Source: an uncultured bacterium (GTDB lineage: Bacteria > JAGOEH01). From it: a DNA stretch of 64,000 nt. A program made the translations under genes and the position numbers. Positions 50,008-60,664 of the stretch are shown here, one piece after another (positions within the stretch are counted from its first letter, which is position 1; each line of letters opens with the position of its first letter). The stretch lies in NCBI GenBank assembly GCA_964632485.1, contig CAZWDO010000001.1, forward strand, positions 62,001 to 126,000, in the 5' to 3' direction. The notes beneath the pieces were generated by a model. The model did no database searches and was not told the origin of the DNA. It saw nothing but the letters and a program-made list of their open reading frames with translations.

Positions 50008-51717
50008 TTAATGTTTAATATTTAAAAATGGTTTTTTGAGTGTATCGATATCAGCGCCGTATTGATCGGCGATTTCACGAATAAACTGAAGAAGAGAGGC
50101 AACTTTTTGCGATGAGGAGAGATAAAAGAAACGGAAAATTTCCCGCCGTGACTCATTTGATTCGGCAACAGGCAAGTAAAGAGTCATACGATAAAGGTAA
50201 GAAACCGCTTCGACTAAATGATTCGCGCAAAAATCGATTATCTCTTTGGAATTTAATTTTTTCAGATAATCGACTTGATGGTTAAGGTCATCGATTAGCA
50301 GGAGGATATCCTTTTTTTCGGCGCCATATATTTCTGTCTCAACAGCCCGAAACCGATCCCATTCAGTATTCAAGGTGAAACTGGTAATGGCGCCGATAGT
50401 GGCAATAATCTGCAATTGAGTTGTCCCCTCATAAATATTAGTGATACGGGCGTCCCTGTATAACCGTTCAATAGGGAAATCCTTCATATAACCACATCCG
50501 CCATGGACTTGCAATGCGTTATATGCGACTTGGTTCGCCATCTCGGTGGCTGTAAATTTTGAAAGGGGGGTTAAGAATCCGGCTTGAACCGAATATTTTT
50601 TAACTTCATCTTTAACCGGTTTTCCCTCGGCTTCTTTCCGCTCATACATATCGAGGTAATCGATGATCAAAGAAGTATGCATCAGCAAAGCGCGCGTCGT
50701 TTCTATTTCTGCCAGCATATTCATCATCATCTGGTATATTGCCGGAAAGTGAATGATCTTTTGCCCGAATTGTTCCCTCTCATTGGCATATTTGAGGGCC
50801 TCTTCATAAGCGGCCTGGGCAATCCCCAAAGCTTGAAAAGAAACAGCTAACCGCGCACCGTTCATCAGGCTCATCGTATATTTGATCAAACCGAATTTAC
50901 GACGGCCAACCAGTTCAGCTTCCGCCATATTGAATTGCAGTTCGCAGGTAGGAGATCCATGAATCCCTAATTTATGTTCAATGCGGCGCACAATCATATT
51001 GGAGTCTCGGGTACGGTCATAAAGAAAAAGGCTCAACCCCCGGCCCCCACGGCTATCTGCTTCAGAACGCGCTAAAACGAGGGAGATTTCACCGCATCCA
51101 TTCGTAATAAATCGTTTAACACCGTCAAGATACCATTTCCCATCCTTTTCAGTGGCTTTAAGCTCGACCACTTGCAGATCGCTCCCTGCATCGGGCTCGG
51201 TCAATGCCATGGAACCGCTTACTTCCCCACTGGCAAAAAGAGGCAATATCCGGCGTTTCTGTTCATCAGATCCATATTTCCAAATTGTCACCGCGATATC
51301 CTGCAATCCATATAAATTCATCAGACTGGCATCGGCTTGAGAAACCATTTCAACCATGACATTGTTCACCGTATTCGGGAGATTTAAACCGCCATATTGG
51401 CGGGGTAGAGTCCCTCCCATAAATCCTGCCTGGGCCAATACTTTCATATTTTCGCGGGTTTCTTCGGCCCAGAAAACAACCCCCTGGTCAAACGAAGCGC
51501 CCTTCTCATCAACCGCGGTAGCGCGGGGCGCAATAAACTCATCACAAATCTGCCCGCCATTGCGCAACACCATCTCATACCAGGTTCGGGCTTCTTCCAC
51601 AGATTGAAAATCATCGCCACTCTGTCCCTGAAAATTATCTTCCAAATCCGCGATAATTTCTTCAAAATTTATATTGTTCAAATGAAATTGACGGCTCTCA
51701 TTATAAAAATTCGACAT
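50008..51717 (-). CDS. acyl-CoA dehydrogenase
   Basis: MALTEPDAGSDL, GVKRFITNG, KLGIHGSPTC, REQFG, LQVHGGCGY, IYEGTTQLQ. Confidence 0.95.
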   Translation of the reverse strand: MSNFYNESRQFHLNNINFEEIIADLEDNFQGQSGDDFQSVEEARTWYEMVLRNGGQICDEFIAPRATAVDEKGASFDQGVVFWAEETRENMKVLAQAGFMGGTLPRQYGGLNLPNTVNNVMVEMVSQADASLMNLYGLQDIAVTIWKYGSDEQKRRILPLFASGEVSGSMALTEPDAGSDLQVVELKATEKDGKWYLDGVKRFITNGCGEISLVLARSEADSRGGRGLSLFLYDRTRDSNMIVRRIEHKLGIHGSPTCELQFNMAEAELVGRRKFGLIKYTMSLMNGARLAVSFQALGIAQAAYEEALKYANEREQFGQKIIHFPAIYQMMMNMLAEIETTRALLMHTSLIIDYLDMYERKEAEGKPVKDEVKKYSVQAGFLTPLSKFTATEMANQVAYNALQVHGGCGYMKDFPIERLYRDARITNIYEGTTQLQIIATIGAITSFTLNTEWDRFRAVETEIYGAEKKDILLLIDDLNHQVDYLKKLNSKEIIDFCANHLVEAVSYLYRMTLYLPVAESNESRREIFRFFYLSSSQKVASLLQFIREIADQYGADIDTLKKPFLNIKH

Positions 51718-51720
51718 GAA

Positions 51721-52713
51721 TCAGTCCTCCTTCAAATAACGAATCATTACCGGGATCACTTCCTTGAGATCGCCGACAATTCCCATGTGAGCAATCTGAA
51801 AAATTGGAGCATGAGGATCGCTGTTAATGGCAATGATCTTATTGGATTCTTCCATTCCGGCGCGATGCTGGATCGAGCCAGAAACACCACAGGCGATATA
51901 AATTTTAGGACGGACAACCGACCCGGTTTGTCCGATTTGCCGTTCCTTGGGAGCGAAACCAAAATCAACAGCGGCGCGACTGGCGCCGATCTCCGCATGC
52001 AGGGCGTCGGCTAATTGTTGAACCAGTTTGAAGTTTTCACGGCTTCCAACTCCCGCGCCTCCCGTCACAATAATCTGCGCATGAGAAAAATCCACCCGGC
52101 CTTTCTTGACTTCAACCTCCAGAAATTGATTCTTAATCCAGCTTTCCCGCCAATCAATTTTGAAGGGTTCAATTCTGGTTGGAATAGATAACTTTTCCTC
52201 AGGAAGAAGCATGACCCCTTCACGCACAGTCGCCATCATGGGCCGACAATCGGGATTGACAATAGTCGCTAAAATATTGCCACCAAACGCCGGACGGACC
52301 TGATATAAAATCTTTCCTTTATCTTTATAATCATCAATATAAAGTTGTGTGCAGTCAGCAGTTAAACCGGTTTTTAAGGATGAGGCGATCAAGGGCGCGA
52401 TATCCCGCCCCGTATGCGTTGCTCCAAAGAGAACAATGTCCGGTTTTTCCTCTTCCACCATCGCTTTGATAATATATTTATACGCCACGGAATGAAGATG
52501 ACGCAAATGGGGGTTAAGATAACTCAATACCCGGTGCATACCGTATTCAAAAACATCGTCCAAATTGTTCGGCTCCCGGTCGCCTACCAGCATACCGACG
52601 ACTTCCCCCTGGAACGGAGCCATTAATTGAAACGCTTTGGCAGTCAATTCAAGGCTTACATTGCGCAGATCGCCAGTAACAGGATTTTTTTCTAAAAATA
52701 CCATAATTTTCAT
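51721..52713 (-). CDS. etfA: electron transfer flavoprotein alpha subunit
   Basis: TGLTADCT, RPAFGG, GASRAAVD, QIGQTG, GVSGSIQHRAGM. Confidence 0.95.
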   Translation of the reverse strand: MKIMVFLEKNPVTGDLRNVSLELTAKAFQLMAPFQGEVVGMLVGDREPNNLDDVFEYGMHRVLSYLNPHLRHLHSVAYKYIIKAMVEEEKPDIVLFGATHTGRDIAPLIASSLKTGLTADCTQLYIDDYKDKGKILYQVRPAFGGNILATIVNPDCRPMMATVREGVMLLPEEKLSIPTRIEPFKIDWRESWIKNQFLEVEVKKGRVDFSHAQIIVTGGAGVGSRENFKLVQQLADALHAEIGASRAAVDFGFAPKERQIGQTGSVVRPKIYIACGVSGSIQHRAGMEESNKIIAINSDPHAPIFQIAHMGIVGDLKEVIPVMIRYLKED

Positions 52714-53573
52714 TGTTCCACCTCGACATAATCTTTCATAATATCACGAATCAATTGGCGAATTCCCATATCCTGGGATTCATAAATAGCCAGATTACCT
52801 CCGGCAAGAGAAATATTCTTGATCTGATGGACTTTGGTCGGGCTGCCTTTGAGACCGCACAAAGCCGGATCGATATTCAATTCAGCCTGGGTCAATACAG
52901 GAATGGACCAGCCCTTCTCTTCTGCGGAAGATCGTTCGTCATCATTCCAAAGAGTTGAAAGTCGCGCCCGAAAATATTTCCGCATTTTAAATGAAGAAGG
53001 ATAACGTGGGGTGTTCGCCTGGGAGGTTATCGTCAGGAGAACAGGTAGCGGAGCCCGCAACGTTTCAATTTGCAATTCTCCATCCCGTTTCACCACTACA
53101 TATTCCGGAGCAACCTCGCACAACTCGGAGACATAGGTGACCTGATCAAAATCGAGCTTTTCCGCCACTTGCGGGCCAACTTGAGCGGTATCGCCATCAA
53201 TAGCCTGGCGGCCGGCAAGTATAATATCCGCTCCACCCAGGCAAACAATGGCGCGCGCCAGAATCAGAGACGTTACTAAGGTATCTGAACCCGCATACGC
53301 GCGGTCAGTAATCAAATACACCCGGTCAGCTCCCATATAGAGCGCCATCTTTAAAATTTCAACTGCCGCGGGCGGCCCCATCGATACGACAGTAACCTCA
53401 CCTTTTAACCGCTCTTTTATCTCTAATGCCATTTCCAGCGCATTCAAATCCTCAGGATTAAAAACCGCCGGCAATACCGCACGATTGACCGTTCCGTCTT
53501 CTTTCATCGCATTGCCTTTAATATTGGCAGTATCCGGAACTTGCTTAGCCAGCACAATGATTCTCTTTTTCAT
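52710..53573 (-). CDS. etfB: electron transfer flavoprotein beta subunit
   Basis: KQVPDT, NPEDLNALEMA, AGSDTLVT, GRQAIDGDTAQVGP, GLKGSPT. Confidence 0.95.
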   Translation of the reverse strand: MKKRIIVLAKQVPDTANIKGNAMKEDGTVNRAVLPAVFNPEDLNALEMALEIKERLKGEVTVVSMGPPAAVEILKMALYMGADRVYLITDRAYAGSDTLVTSLILARAIVCLGGADIILAGRQAIDGDTAQVGPQVAEKLDFDQVTYVSELCEVAPEYVVVKRDGELQIETLRAPLPVLLTITSQANTPRYPSSFKMRKYFRARLSTLWNDDERSSAEEKGWSIPVLTQAELNIDPALCGLKGSPTKVHQIKNISLAGGNLAIYESQDMGIRQLIRDIMKDYVEVEQ

Positions 53574-53877
53574 CGTTCCTCCGCATTTTTACGTTACTTA
53601 GGGCTTAATAATAACCAAAATTTAACAAAAAGTCAATCCATAAAAACAAATTATCCATGACAAATCACTTTTTTTATCTGAATTTCTGAAAACGGTTTTC
53701 TCCGGTTTCAGCCTATCAATCTCACTCGATTCAAATCAAAACCATGAGTATAAGCTGTAATTTTTAAGTTTGAATCCGTTTAAAATTTGAGAATCCAGCC
53801 AATAGTATTAAAGCAAAAGATTATTTGTTCATTTTTTTTTATTGACAATGAACGATTTTTTTGCTAAATTAACGTTT

Positions 53878-55079
53878 ATGAATGCAATGTGTGAAAATTT
53901 AAAACAACTCAATGAAAAATCGATAGAAGACCCAACTGGCNNNNNNNNNNAACTGGCGCATTTCCAGAAAATGATGAACTTAAGTTTTTAGATGAAACGG
54001 AAACCTACCAGCCTGGCGGTTCTGAACAGATTGCCCAGAATTCCTGGAAAATACTGATCGTTGATGACGATGGAGAAGTTCATAATGTAACGAAACTGGC
54101 TTTAAAAAACCTGATTTTCGATAATAGACCTCTTTGTTTTTTGAGCGCATATACAGGAAAAGAAGCCAAAGAATTAATCGCCACTCATCACGATATTGCA
54201 GTGATTCTTTTAGATGTCGTTATGGAAGAAGATGATTCAGGATTAAAATATGTAAAGTATTTGCGGGACGAAGAAAAAAATTATTTAGTCAGAGTTATTC
54301 TACGCACAGGCCAGCCCGGATTCGCTCCAGAGAATAAAATTGTTGTTGAATATGATATCAATGACTATAAGACTAAAACAGAACTAACATCGCAAAAACT
54401 ATTTACTACCATGATTACTGCCTTACGGACGTATAAATCCCTGCGATTGGTCGAAGAAAGCTATCAGGAATTACAAAAATATAAAAATCATCTGGAAAAA
54501 CTGGTTGAGGAGCGGACATATCAACTTCAAAGAACCAATAATCAGCTTCAAAAGGCTTTGGCGGAAGTTGAAAAAATGGCTATCACCGATAAATTAACCG
54601 GACTATACAACCGGCACAAATTAGACGAAGTACTTTTCCAGGAATTCAATCGACAGCGCCGCTATGCCGAGCCGTTCTCATTTTCGATCATTGATGTTGA
54701 TTATTTCAAGCGGATCAACGATGGATTCGGTCATTTAATCGGGGATGTCGCGTTACAAGAACTATCCGAAATAATCAGAAACAACATCCGGCAGACGGAT
54801 ACCATTGCCCGCTGGGGGGGAGAAGAATTTGCTATTTTAGCCCCCAATACATCGCTGGAGCAAATGTCGGTTTTAGCCGAAAAAATTAGACTGATCGTAG
54901 CGGCTCACGAGTTTGAAATAATCGGATATTTAACAATCAGTCTGGGAATTGCGCAAGTCGCGCCCAAAGATACGATTACATCATTGATCAAACGGGCCGA
55001 TGATGCCCTTTATCTGGCAAAACAGTTGGGTAGAAATAGAATCGTTCACGAGTTAGAATTAGCGCCCGGCGAATGCTGA
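53878..55079 (+). CDS. response-regulator diguanylate cyclase (REC-GGDEF), spanning a 10-N gap
   Basis: WKILIVDDD lies upstream of the track start; AACTGGC is duplicated on both sides of the gap, and merging the copies restores one frame from ATG 53878; DKLTGLYNR, RWGGEEF. Confidence 0.88.
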
Positions 55080-55130
55080 ACGCTTCGGAATTTTTTCGTT
55101 AGTTTGAACAATAGAAAAAGGAGCCACAAT

Positions 55131-57218
55131 ATGACAAAATCAGTATTAGTGATGCTATTCATGATGTTGAGTATCGAATTAGCATTTGGCCAAAATAACC
55201 CGAAATCCCAAGTGGCTGACGACCATCTGCAAGATGAACTTAATTGGCTCCGCGCAGAAGCCTTAACAGTGGTCACTGCAAGTAAATATGCTCAGAAGAT
55301 AAACGATGCGCCCGCCAAAATGGTGGTTTGGACCGATGAGATGATCCGGAGATGCGGATTGACGACCCTTGACGAATTATTAGCTCATACTCCCGGGTTT
55401 TATTATGGGTTTAATGCTGATTACGCTTCATTTTCAGTACGCGGGATGCATCCGATCGCCCCGGGATTGCCTCAACCTAACATTCTCTTCATGATTGACG
55501 GGGTCCGCATTAATGAAGCGACTTTTTTCGGACATTATTACAACTACTATCATAATCTTGATTTTGTAAAACAAGTGGAAATCATTCTGGGACCTGGCGG
55601 GGCATTATATGGCCTTAATGCAATTGTCGGAGTTGTCAATATTATCACTCAAAAAGGCCCCGATTCTATGAGCTGCCATTCAAACACCTCGATCCACTAC
55701 GACTATCCGCTGGAGCAGATGGGCATCACTAAAACCTTTCAAATAAACAACGGAAAGGGTTTAAAATTGTTTGGAGGTATCGAGATGCTGATGTATCTTC
55801 ATGGGGAATGGGAAACCGGTGTAGAGCGTCTGGGCGCTGTAGATTGGTACCAGCTTACGCCCTGGCATACCGGTCTAAACCGGCAAGGAGGCTCAATGCC
55901 TAACTGGAATTTAAATGTTCAATATAATAAATGGCGGTTTTTCACCTACCGGACCTCAATAATGTATCCGGAATTCAATGCTCCCTGGTGGGATATCACT
56001 GCCGACCGTTTCCGAAGTTTCGAACGGCGAATTTATGATCTGGCGTTCACTCCTGATTTCGCCAACACAGAAATCCACTTGAACTATAACCAACACTGGG
56101 ATTTCCATGAATCAAAGGGGAATGGACTGTGGTTCGATACCTTGGGTGTTCATACTAATCTGTATGGATTGACAAACGTAAATGAGATGTATGGGAGTAT
56201 CCAGTCATCACCATTGAAAAATGAGAGCCATCACATCATAGAGGGATTGGAATTTGCTCATGCAGAACGACGGGCAAATTTCCTGGGAGATAAAACCGGC
56301 CGGTCGCTGGATCAATGGCGCTATTCAGCCCTGGTTCAATGGGAGAACCGCACCCTCGATAAAATTACTTTTTTAGCGGGACTTCGCTACGATATCGTTA
56401 CAATTAATAGCAAAGACGCCGCGCAAAACCAAAAAAAATTGATTGATTATTTCGGCGCCCTCAGTCCACGGGTCTCCATTCAATATACCCTCTCTGCCGA
56501 TCATCGGTTGCGGTTGATCTACGCGCGCTCATCCCGCCAGTTTGTGCTGGGAGATTTCATCGATTCTCTTTGGGCAAAAAAAACCGATTATATTGATGAT
56601 TTCGAGCTGAATATCAACTCCATTATTTCCGATAACCTTACTTCGGATATTAACTTTTTTTATATGAATGCCCCTTATTCATCCCTGGCCATCCATAACA
56701 ATTTCCAACCGACCACCGGCCGTACCGAATTCACAACCGCCGGAATTGAGAGCGACTTAAAAGCGCGGATCAAGGCCTTCGATGTGAGTCTTGGTTTTAC
56801 CTACTGGCAGGCAAAAACCGACCAAATCGATCAAGCTGGCCTGGACCGTATGCCGTATGCGCCCCAAATGATGTTTAAACTGAATCTGAACGGCCCCCTC
56901 GTCCCCCAATGGGTCAGCTTCGCCCTGTTAGTTAATGGAAATGTGAATGTAATGCATGTGGATGATCTTTCCGGAGCCAACCAGGAAGAGTGGAGCTATT
57001 TTCCAATCAATCTGATTTTAACCTCCGATCCCCAATGGCCGCTTCCCTTTCAATTAACATTGGGCGTGAAAAACCTGCTCAATCAAAAATACAATTATCC
57101 GGGCTATGGTAAAAGCGCCCCATTTTTCGATTGGAATGCCCCTGACTATATGGTGCAGGAATCCCGCGTTCAAGATCCCGGGCTATCGCTTTATACTAAA
57201 CTCACTTTAAGTTTTTAA
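55131..57218 (+). CDS. TonB-dependent receptor-like outer-membrane protein
   Basis: VVTASKYAQKINDAPA, plug motifs ILFMIDG and VEIILGPGGALYG.NA..GVVNIIT, LAGLRYD, GVKNLLN, terminal F. Confidence 0.88.
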   Translation: MTKSVLVMLFMMLSIELAFGQNNPKSQVADDHLQDELNWLRAEALTVVTASKYAQKINDAPAKMVVWTDEMIRRCGLTTLDELLAHTPGFYYGFNADYASFSVRGMHPIAPGLPQPNILFMIDGVRINEATFFGHYYNYYHNLDFVKQVEIILGPGGALYGLNAIVGVVNIITQKGPDSMSCHSNTSIHYDYPLEQMGITKTFQINNGKGLKLFGGIEMLMYLHGEWETGVERLGAVDWYQLTPWHTGLNRQGGSMPNWNLNVQYNKWRFFTYRTSIMYPEFNAPWWDITADRFRSFERRIYDLAFTPDFANTEIHLNYNQHWDFHESKGNGLWFDTLGVHTNLYGLTNVNEMYGSIQSSPLKNESHHIIEGLEFAHAERRANFLGDKTGRSLDQWRYSALVQWENRTLDKITFLAGLRYDIVTINSKDAAQNQKKLIDYFGALSPRVSIQYTLSADHRLRLIYARSSRQFVLGDFIDSLWAKKTDYIDDFELNINSIISDNLTSDINFFYMNAPYSSLAIHNNFQPTTGRTEFTTAGIESDLKARIKAFDVSLGFTYWQAKTDQIDQAGLDRMPYAPQMMFKLNLNGPLVPQWVSFALLVNGNVNVMHVDDLSGANQEEWSYFPINLILTSDPQWPLPFQLTLGVKNLLNQKYNYPGYGKSAPFFDWNAPDYMVQESRVQDPGLSLYTKLTLSF

Positions 57219-57230
57219 TCAAGGAACGGG

Positions 57231-58043
57231 ATGCTTCACATTAAACGATTATATATCATTTTATTTTGCGCGCTGCTACCGATACAGAAACCCCTGCAGG
57301 CACTTAATGATCAACTGACCGTTTATTTTTATAACCCGGAATCAAGCGCTGCCAGTTTCGCTATGTTAAAAACGGAATTTGACACATACTTGACTGGATT
57401 TGGTAATTTTCGTTTTCAACCCTTTGGCGATCGCAATATGTTCATCCAGGTCGCTAAATCCCAACCCAACGGTGTTTTTATTCTCTCAAGTTTCGATTAT
57501 CGTCACCTCAACCAGGATAATTCTTTGGTACCGGTTTTGATTGGAATATTCGACAATAAAACCACCTATCGCAAGATTTTGATCGGGAAAAGCCAGAGCA
57601 GCAGCATTAACCCACAAAAAAAGACCCGCATCGCCTCCTGCGGTTCCAAAGAGCATAATCTTGCCACGATTCACGAAATGCTTAATCTTCCCAGCTATTC
57701 AGCTAATATCGATATACTGATTGTTCCCAAGGACCTTGATGCCTTAATGTCGGTCATCTTTGGGATGAGTTCAAACGCGTTAGTATCAGAAAACAGTTTC
57801 AAGCAACTCGCTAAGACAAATCCCCATCAATATGAGATGCTGGCAATTCAATTTGAAAGTAAACCAATCCAACTACCGATAGTATCCGTTACAAAAAATG
57901 CGCAAATCAATTATACGGATTTATTGGCGATAATTGAAAAGATGGACCATTCGAATGAAGGTGAAAAAAAACTCAAACTGCTGGGTGTTGACGGTTGGCG
58001 TAAAATTTCAGATTCGGATATGAAAATGTTGGAGGGAAGATGA
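57231..58043 (+). CDS. periplasmic binding protein (PhnD/phosphonate-binding-like fold, tentative)
   Basis: Signal peptide; VPKDLDALMSVIFG pattern; ends LKLLGVDGWR. Confidence 0.55.
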   Translation: MLHIKRLYIILFCALLPIQKPLQALNDQLTVYFYNPESSAASFAMLKTEFDTYLTGFGNFRFQPFGDRNMFIQVAKSQPNGVFILSSFDYRHLNQDNSLVPVLIGIFDNKTTYRKILIGKSQSSSINPQKKTRIASCGSKEHNLATIHEMLNLPSYSANIDILIVPKDLDALMSVIFGMSSNALVSENSFKQLAKTNPHQYEMLAIQFESKPIQLPIVSVTKNAQINYTDLLAIIEKMDHSNEGEKKLKLLGVDGWRKISDSDMKMLEGR

Positions 58044-58969
58044 AATTAAAATATTTAGTATTAATCCTATTAGTAGTAATTGTTAACACTATCCTAATAC
58101 CCGCCCAAACCAAAACAGAGGGACGGCAGGTGTTGGTGATAAACTCAAACAATCTTATTGGCAGATACCTGAGCGCTCAGAACGAATTTATCAAGCAGGT
58201 TGATTGCTCGGTACAAATTTATGACATGAACGAACAACTTGATGATTCCAAACAAAATTTAGAACAAACCATACAGCATATCAACCCAGACATTCTTTAT
58301 TGTATCGGGGCGGGAGCCTATCAATCCGCCGCTAAATATGCCCATCCCAGAGAGATTATATTTTCTTCAATCATCAATTGGCAACGATTTTCTATTTATA
58401 AAAACTGCTATGGGATTTCAAATGAAATTCCACCGGCATACCAGTTGACCATGTTTCGATTCCTATGCCCCGATATCCGGAAAATCGGCATCATCTACAA
58501 CCCTGAGTTAAATAAAGAATGGATTGAAGAGGCGATAGCAGCCGGTAGGGATACGAAATTTGAATTCGTTATAAAAAAAATAAAAAATTTTGGAGATGTC
58601 CATAAGAAGTTCAATTCCTTCATCGAACAGATTGATGCCCTTTGGCTAATTCCCGATCCAACATTATTAGAAAATCCCCAGGAAGTTAATTGGCTTTTTC
58701 AGACAATAGATTCACTGCAGAAACCGATTTTTGCATATAGTCCTGTCTATGAAAATCTGGGGGCGAGTCTCGTCGTTTCAGAAGACCAGGCGACAATTGG
58801 GCGCCAGGCGGCAGGTATCGCGATGGATATTATCCACCGGCAGCCGATAGATCAACAAGTTCAAAACCCAGCCGGAACCGATGTTTCAATCAATTTAACA
58901 AAATTTGCAAAATATGGTGTTGTCGTGAATCCCGAAGCTCTAAATATGGTCAATCGAATTATTGAATAA
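58040..58969 (+). CDS. ABC-type substrate-binding-fold protein (ABC_sub_bind)
   Basis: Signal peptide; KIGIIYNP, IDALWLIPD, IGRQAA, INLTKFAKYG. Confidence 0.75.
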   Translation: MKLKYLVLILLVVIVNTILIPAQTKTEGRQVLVINSNNLIGRYLSAQNEFIKQVDCSVQIYDMNEQLDDSKQNLEQTIQHINPDILYCIGAGAYQSAAKYAHPREIIFSSIINWQRFSIYKNCYGISNEIPPAYQLTMFRFLCPDIRKIGIIYNPELNKEWIEEAIAAGRDTKFEFVIKKIKNFGDVHKKFNSFIEQIDALWLIPDPTLLENPQEVNWLFQTIDSLQKPIFAYSPVYENLGASLVVSEDQATIGRQAAGIAMDIIHRQPIDQQVQNPAGTDVSINLTKFAKYGVVVNPEALNMVNRIIE

Positions 58970-59000
58970 GGCCCTTTATCTCCACTGAAAGCATGGTCCG

Positions 59001-60647
59001 ATGTTTAATATCAGAATGAATATCCGTTTTAAATTGCTGATGATGATGATCAGCCTTACTGTTATGCTGGTTACAGTTCAGGCGTTGATAGAATTCAGTA
59101 ACAAACGCGATATCTTTCAACGTGAATTGGATGAACGAATCCATCTTATGAAGGACAATCTGCTTGAAAAAGGAAAAAGTCTCTCCTATAATCTAGTCGG
59201 TCAAATCGAAAACGATTTGGCAGGTTATAATTTATCCAATATCCAGATTACTCTTAATAAGGCCATTGCGGATATGGAGGAATTTAAATACGCCATATTA
59301 GTCGATCGTAACGGTTTCATCATGAATGATACCCGGCATCCTGAAAAACAGATGGAAATATATACTCAATTCAACCGAATCCGTCAGGTTATCGAAGAAA
59401 ACAAACTCCGGGTAGAAGAGATATACCTTGAAAAGAAAACATATATGGAATTTGTATCCCCCATCAACATCAGTATCGAACCGTGGGGAGGGGCCATCTT
59501 CGGATTAAGCCTGGAAAAACTGGAAAAAGAAATTGAAAAATCCCAACAAAATATAAAAATGCAAATTCGTGGAATGATATTTCGCACTCTGCTCTATTCG
59601 ATGATTTATATATTAATTGGCATTGCTATTACCACCGTTTTAGCTAACCGGTTATCTCGGCCGATCAGTTCACTTACTCATACAGCTAACCAGTTATCCA
59701 AAGGGGAATTTTCTGCCGCCCAGAATCTTTTTGTGGATAGCACTGATGAAATTGGTATTTTAGCGCAATCGTTTATTGATATGGCTCATAGCCTCGAAGC
59801 TTCCTATAAACAGATCGAAGAATACAGCCATACACTGGAACAGAAGGTCAATGAACGAACACAAGAATTAGTGGAAGCTCTGGAAAATCTCAAAAAAACA
59901 CAGAGTTATCTGGTTGAAGCCGAAAAAATGGCTTCTCTCGGCGGACTCGTTGCCGGCGTCGCTCATGAAATTAATACTCCCCTGGGAATCAGCGTCACCG
60001 CCGTCACTCATTTACAGGGAAAAAATCAGGAGTTTTCTGAATTATATCATTCCGGCCGCATGAAACGTTCCGATTTTGAAAATTACCTCGAGCTGATTGC
60101 TGAAACCATGACCATTATTTTTACTAATTTGAACCGTGCCGCCGAGTTGGTTCAAAACTTCAAACAGGTTTCAGTAGATCAATCCAGTGAAGAAAAACGA
60201 ATTTTCAACATGAAAGAATATATCGAGGGTGTCATTCTGAGCCTGCGCCATCAACTCAAAAAAACGAACCACACGATTGAAATCGAATGCAGTAATAGCA
60301 TAGAAATTAATAGTTACCCTGGAACTTATTCACAAATTCTTACCAATTTCATCATGAATTCCTTAATCCACGCATTTGATAAAAACGAAACGGGAATCAT
60401 GCGCATATACGCTGAAAAAAAAGAACGCTCGCTAATGTTGGTTTATAGTGATAATGGCGCGGGAATGCCAGAAAACGTGGTTAAACATATTTTCGAACCT
60501 TTTTTTACGACTCGTCGCAACCAGGGTGGCAGTGGTTTGGGGATGCATATCGTTTTTAATCTGGTCACCCAAAAACTTAAAGGATTTATTTCCGTTGAAA
60601 GCTCGCCTGGAACGGGAACCCGTTTCTCTATAGAAGTTCCCGATTAA
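59001..60647 (+). CDS. membrane sensor histidine kinase (HAMP)
   Basis: EKMASLGGLVAGVAHEINTPLG, NFIMNSLIHAF, DNGAGM, FEPFFTT, GSGLG. Confidence 0.95.
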   Translation: MFNIRMNIRFKLLMMMISLTVMLVTVQALIEFSNKRDIFQRELDERIHLMKDNLLEKGKSLSYNLVGQIENDLAGYNLSNIQITLNKAIADMEEFKYAILVDRNGFIMNDTRHPEKQMEIYTQFNRIRQVIEENKLRVEEIYLEKKTYMEFVSPINISIEPWGGAIFGLSLEKLEKEIEKSQQNIKMQIRGMIFRTLLYSMIYILIGIAITTVLANRLSRPISSLTHTANQLSKGEFSAAQNLFVDSTDEIGILAQSFIDMAHSLEASYKQIEEYSHTLEQKVNERTQELVEALENLKKTQSYLVEAEKMASLGGLVAGVAHEINTPLGISVTAVTHLQGKNQEFSELYHSGRMKRSDFENYLELIAETMTIIFTNLNRAAELVQNFKQVSVDQSSEEKRIFNMKEYIEGVILSLRHQLKKTNHTIEIECSNSIEINSYPGTYSQILTNFIMNSLIHAFDKNETGIMRIYAEKKERSLMLVYSDNGAGMPENVVKHIFEPFFTTRRNQGGSGLGMHIVFNLVTQKLKGFISVESSPGTGTRFSIEVPD

Positions 60648-60664
60648 ATTGAAATGAGGTAACT

